Origin: Amoeboradix gromovi X-113
Lineage: Eukaryota; Fungi; Sanchytriomycota
Assembly: GCA_018985225.1 (NCBI GenBank)
Contig: JADGIF010000497.1
Span: 1-7,667, forward strand
Length of the DNA stretch: 7,667 bases
Reading direction: 5' to 3'
Below are positions 6,901 through 7,667 of this stretch, piece by piece. The notes under the pieces are model-generated. The model ran no database searches. It saw nothing but the letters and a program-made list of their open reading frames with translations, and was not told the origin of the DNA. The position numbers were made by a program, and so were the translations under genes. Each line of letters begins with the position of its first letter. Positions within the stretch are counted from its first letter, which is position 1.

Positions 6901-7305
6901 GATAACAACTATAAGCAGATTATTAAGTACTCTACTTTGTACGAAGGTTTGATGAACAGGATAAAAAATATTAAATTGGATAGAAAGTTAGTTCATTTTT
7001 TATTAGCTCTACCGCACTTAAAGCACTTGAACTCCTTTGATGGGATGCCAAAAAATACTGCCACATGCCCGTGCAATCAGAGCTGCGATCATCAGACTTT
7101 TAAATGGTGTGGCTTTTGTGAAGAAACTGTGCATATCAAATGCTTGGCCAAATATGGATACACTAAAGTAGAAGACCTGGGTCTGGTTATATGTAGTAGA
7201 ACTCAATGTACGAAACTAGGACTTGAAGAATCATTGATTTACCATGAAAAAAAAAGAGTAAAATTGTATTCCAACAGTATCCAGATAGATGAGAAAAATA
7301 AATAA
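3979..7305 (+). CDS. KDM5: KDM5/JARID1-family protein (JmjN-ARID-JmjC-degenerate C5HC2-PLU-1-PHD-PHD), predicted catalytically inactive
   Basis: ARID at about aa 63-142 (YLGMLKKF...VDWIDIKTKVDQFHGAKMV...WYFVSQ...LKQYYFQYVRKFEEY). JmjC motifs LNFNKL..DSLL, HQGEPRVWY, QLQGQVLAIFPGTYY, GINVVERLNLCIPDWLPHG and CIEELIFK align with KDM5 motifs HWGEPKTWY, GEFVVTFPRAYH, GYNFAEAVNFCTADWLPIG and SHEELIFK. C4HC3 PHD fingers at 6697-6816 and 7066-7209. Basic C-terminal KKRVK (NLS-like). Confidence 0.88.
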   Translation: MNNSFLDIQDGVQFLKELRQKNNDQPGYLINLENWYEQQIVPFQNFPSPLKAVACVFPCIQPDNYLGMLKKFCQRKKLRLPKEIDNMYVDWIDIKTKVDQFHGAKMVSSKRQWYFVSQCCGILNQEKLKQYYFQYVRKFEEYTESIGLDPLDYGNGGFLAQKQADFEFENVDAFNAANRESASGTLELYNFYLAANPALVDNLGSKLEFFWNELIGGKSQNYFNVLKLKSDDLELSLFPPIYSNIKGFNHALNFNKLRNTQDSLLRYGFWKGDDFEESSIEIGSLFSYTLWETNQQFMYSLYVVHQGEPRVWYTIASKHISKLYNLINSKYPEILQNDGIPLRIPVPLEIKELKEASIPYVSYTQLQGQVLAIFPGTYYFHVDLGINVVERLNLCIPDWLPHGMKYKKFCEAMSISPSLCIEELIFKQVMYRGGDKSHSKWIKNFWKQVANQEVQMRCQMMYYFDDLEFFPLPLKDVCARKCSLTNWPTYFTFLEDEEGKIYHPKALMELSSLLDIESLNCYVYISDLEFQTIHDQLSTVSLGDRHFWNMHVASCLNEKLKSTDIERFIEMGLSLDDNLEEVGFLNNYALYVKKIANQLPKLPIYDGQFRGRKDHKSRYTYEQIRKLDDALQSLEIDLEDLNTFHIKFSHLQQLQEKLENAILKHPSKPTIRDIKRNCERSGVLMDQHLLQVEDVEPIEKQHIDGFSFYPNTINKQELESNYQFIIPHSDIVAQIISQLKANFIFEDELDVAMHCLSRSAISNENAKFLINRSDQYFTAKQHLEALLNQLMSSEFQLFTQIVKLLEFQVLPSHSCCLRIVKVIEHFKYIYNSYRINDLSFLHAISNINSLSPAVTDLNEFSTYVKSIRQSFITAGEIVQYNINIGTKWINSFEHIVNKGYKCNDLMCYCKSNISVNEMAECYSCGIKYHRECVQIKHRSAYKCGVCKGDFSGITFLQISRDYKSDVLMEGCVKFDNNYKQIIKYSTLYEGLMNRIKNIKLDRKLVHFLLALPHLKHLNSFDGMPKNTATCPCNQSCDHQTFKWCGFCEETVHIKCLAKYGYTKVEDLGLVICSRTQCTKLGLEESLIYHEKKRVKLYSNSIQIDEKNK

Positions 7306-7306
7306 A
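7297..7306 (+). terminator. Tandem AATAAA polyadenylation signals at the KDM5-like stop codon
   Basis: AATAAATAAA at 7297-7306 contains the TAA stop (7303-7305). A similar stop-proximal AATAAA occurs at 1110-1119 and 1493-1498. Confidence 0.4.
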
Positions 7307-7667
7307 TGCAATATCATAAACTCTTGTGTGAATTTGGAGCCTCTAAGATCTATTTAACCTATACCAACTTAATCGCCACAAATAATTCAACTAAGAGTGT
7401 CAAGAAAACAAAATGTTCAGGAGAGCTAAAGCCTAATTATGAAAGAAACGATGCAACCAGTCCCGATGGTAAAGTCGAGTCTGTGGTGACTTTTTGTTCC
7501 CTCAATATGTCCAGTTTGGAAAGGGGAGCTAGATGAGTGCATGCGTTCAGCTGAATGTCTGAGTAACCAACAGTTGGCCAATTTATGGCATCATTGCCGT
7601 TGTTTTACAGGATTTTGCAAACAACATGGAGGTGGGTTTACAGAGGTATCAAATTCAGCGTTCGTAA

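Noticed and set aside
7018-7206. 62-aa minus-strand ORF
   Set aside because: Antisense to the last PHD finger, with no motifs.
7306-7536. 76-aa plus-strand ORF abutting the KDM5-like stop (possible readthrough or operon-like coupling)
   Set aside because: No recognisable domain, no room for a promoter, AATAAA signals sit at the upstream stop, and it mirrors an open minus-strand frame.
2302-7667. Alternative nuclear genetic code (stop-codon reassignment) suggested by in-frame stops in the minus-strand fragments
   Set aside because: The 1108-, 288- and 320-codon genes have no internal stops and end at TAA/TGA where expected, so the standard code fits.

Overview
AT-rich eukaryotic DNA with a compact layout; the long genes have no apparent introns, and the region resembles an early-diverging fungal or fungus-related genome (inference). 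Positions 149-2301 are the right part of a cut-and-paste DNA transposon. It contains a Sola1-type DDD transposase whose 5' part is cut off at 149 by a second, identical 31-bp terminal repeat (118-148 = 2271-2301). It also contains two convergent cargo ORFs (an unknown 116-aa ORF and a PPPDE/DeSI-like permuted papain-fold cysteine protease ORF), subterminal repeats and the right TIR. Downstream are host genes: a shortened methionyl-tRNA formyltransferase (FMT1-like) and an 1108-aa KDM5/JARID1-architecture protein (JmjN-ARID-JmjC-C5HC2-PLU1-PHD-PHD) that has lost all three Fe(II) ligands. Two stretches (2302-2990 and 7320-7667) may be decayed minus-strand genes. The best candidate for a new system is a Sola-type transposon carrying a deSUMOylase/deubiquitinase-like protease and a small partner ORF. 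All family calls come from motif recognition by eye; no searches were run.
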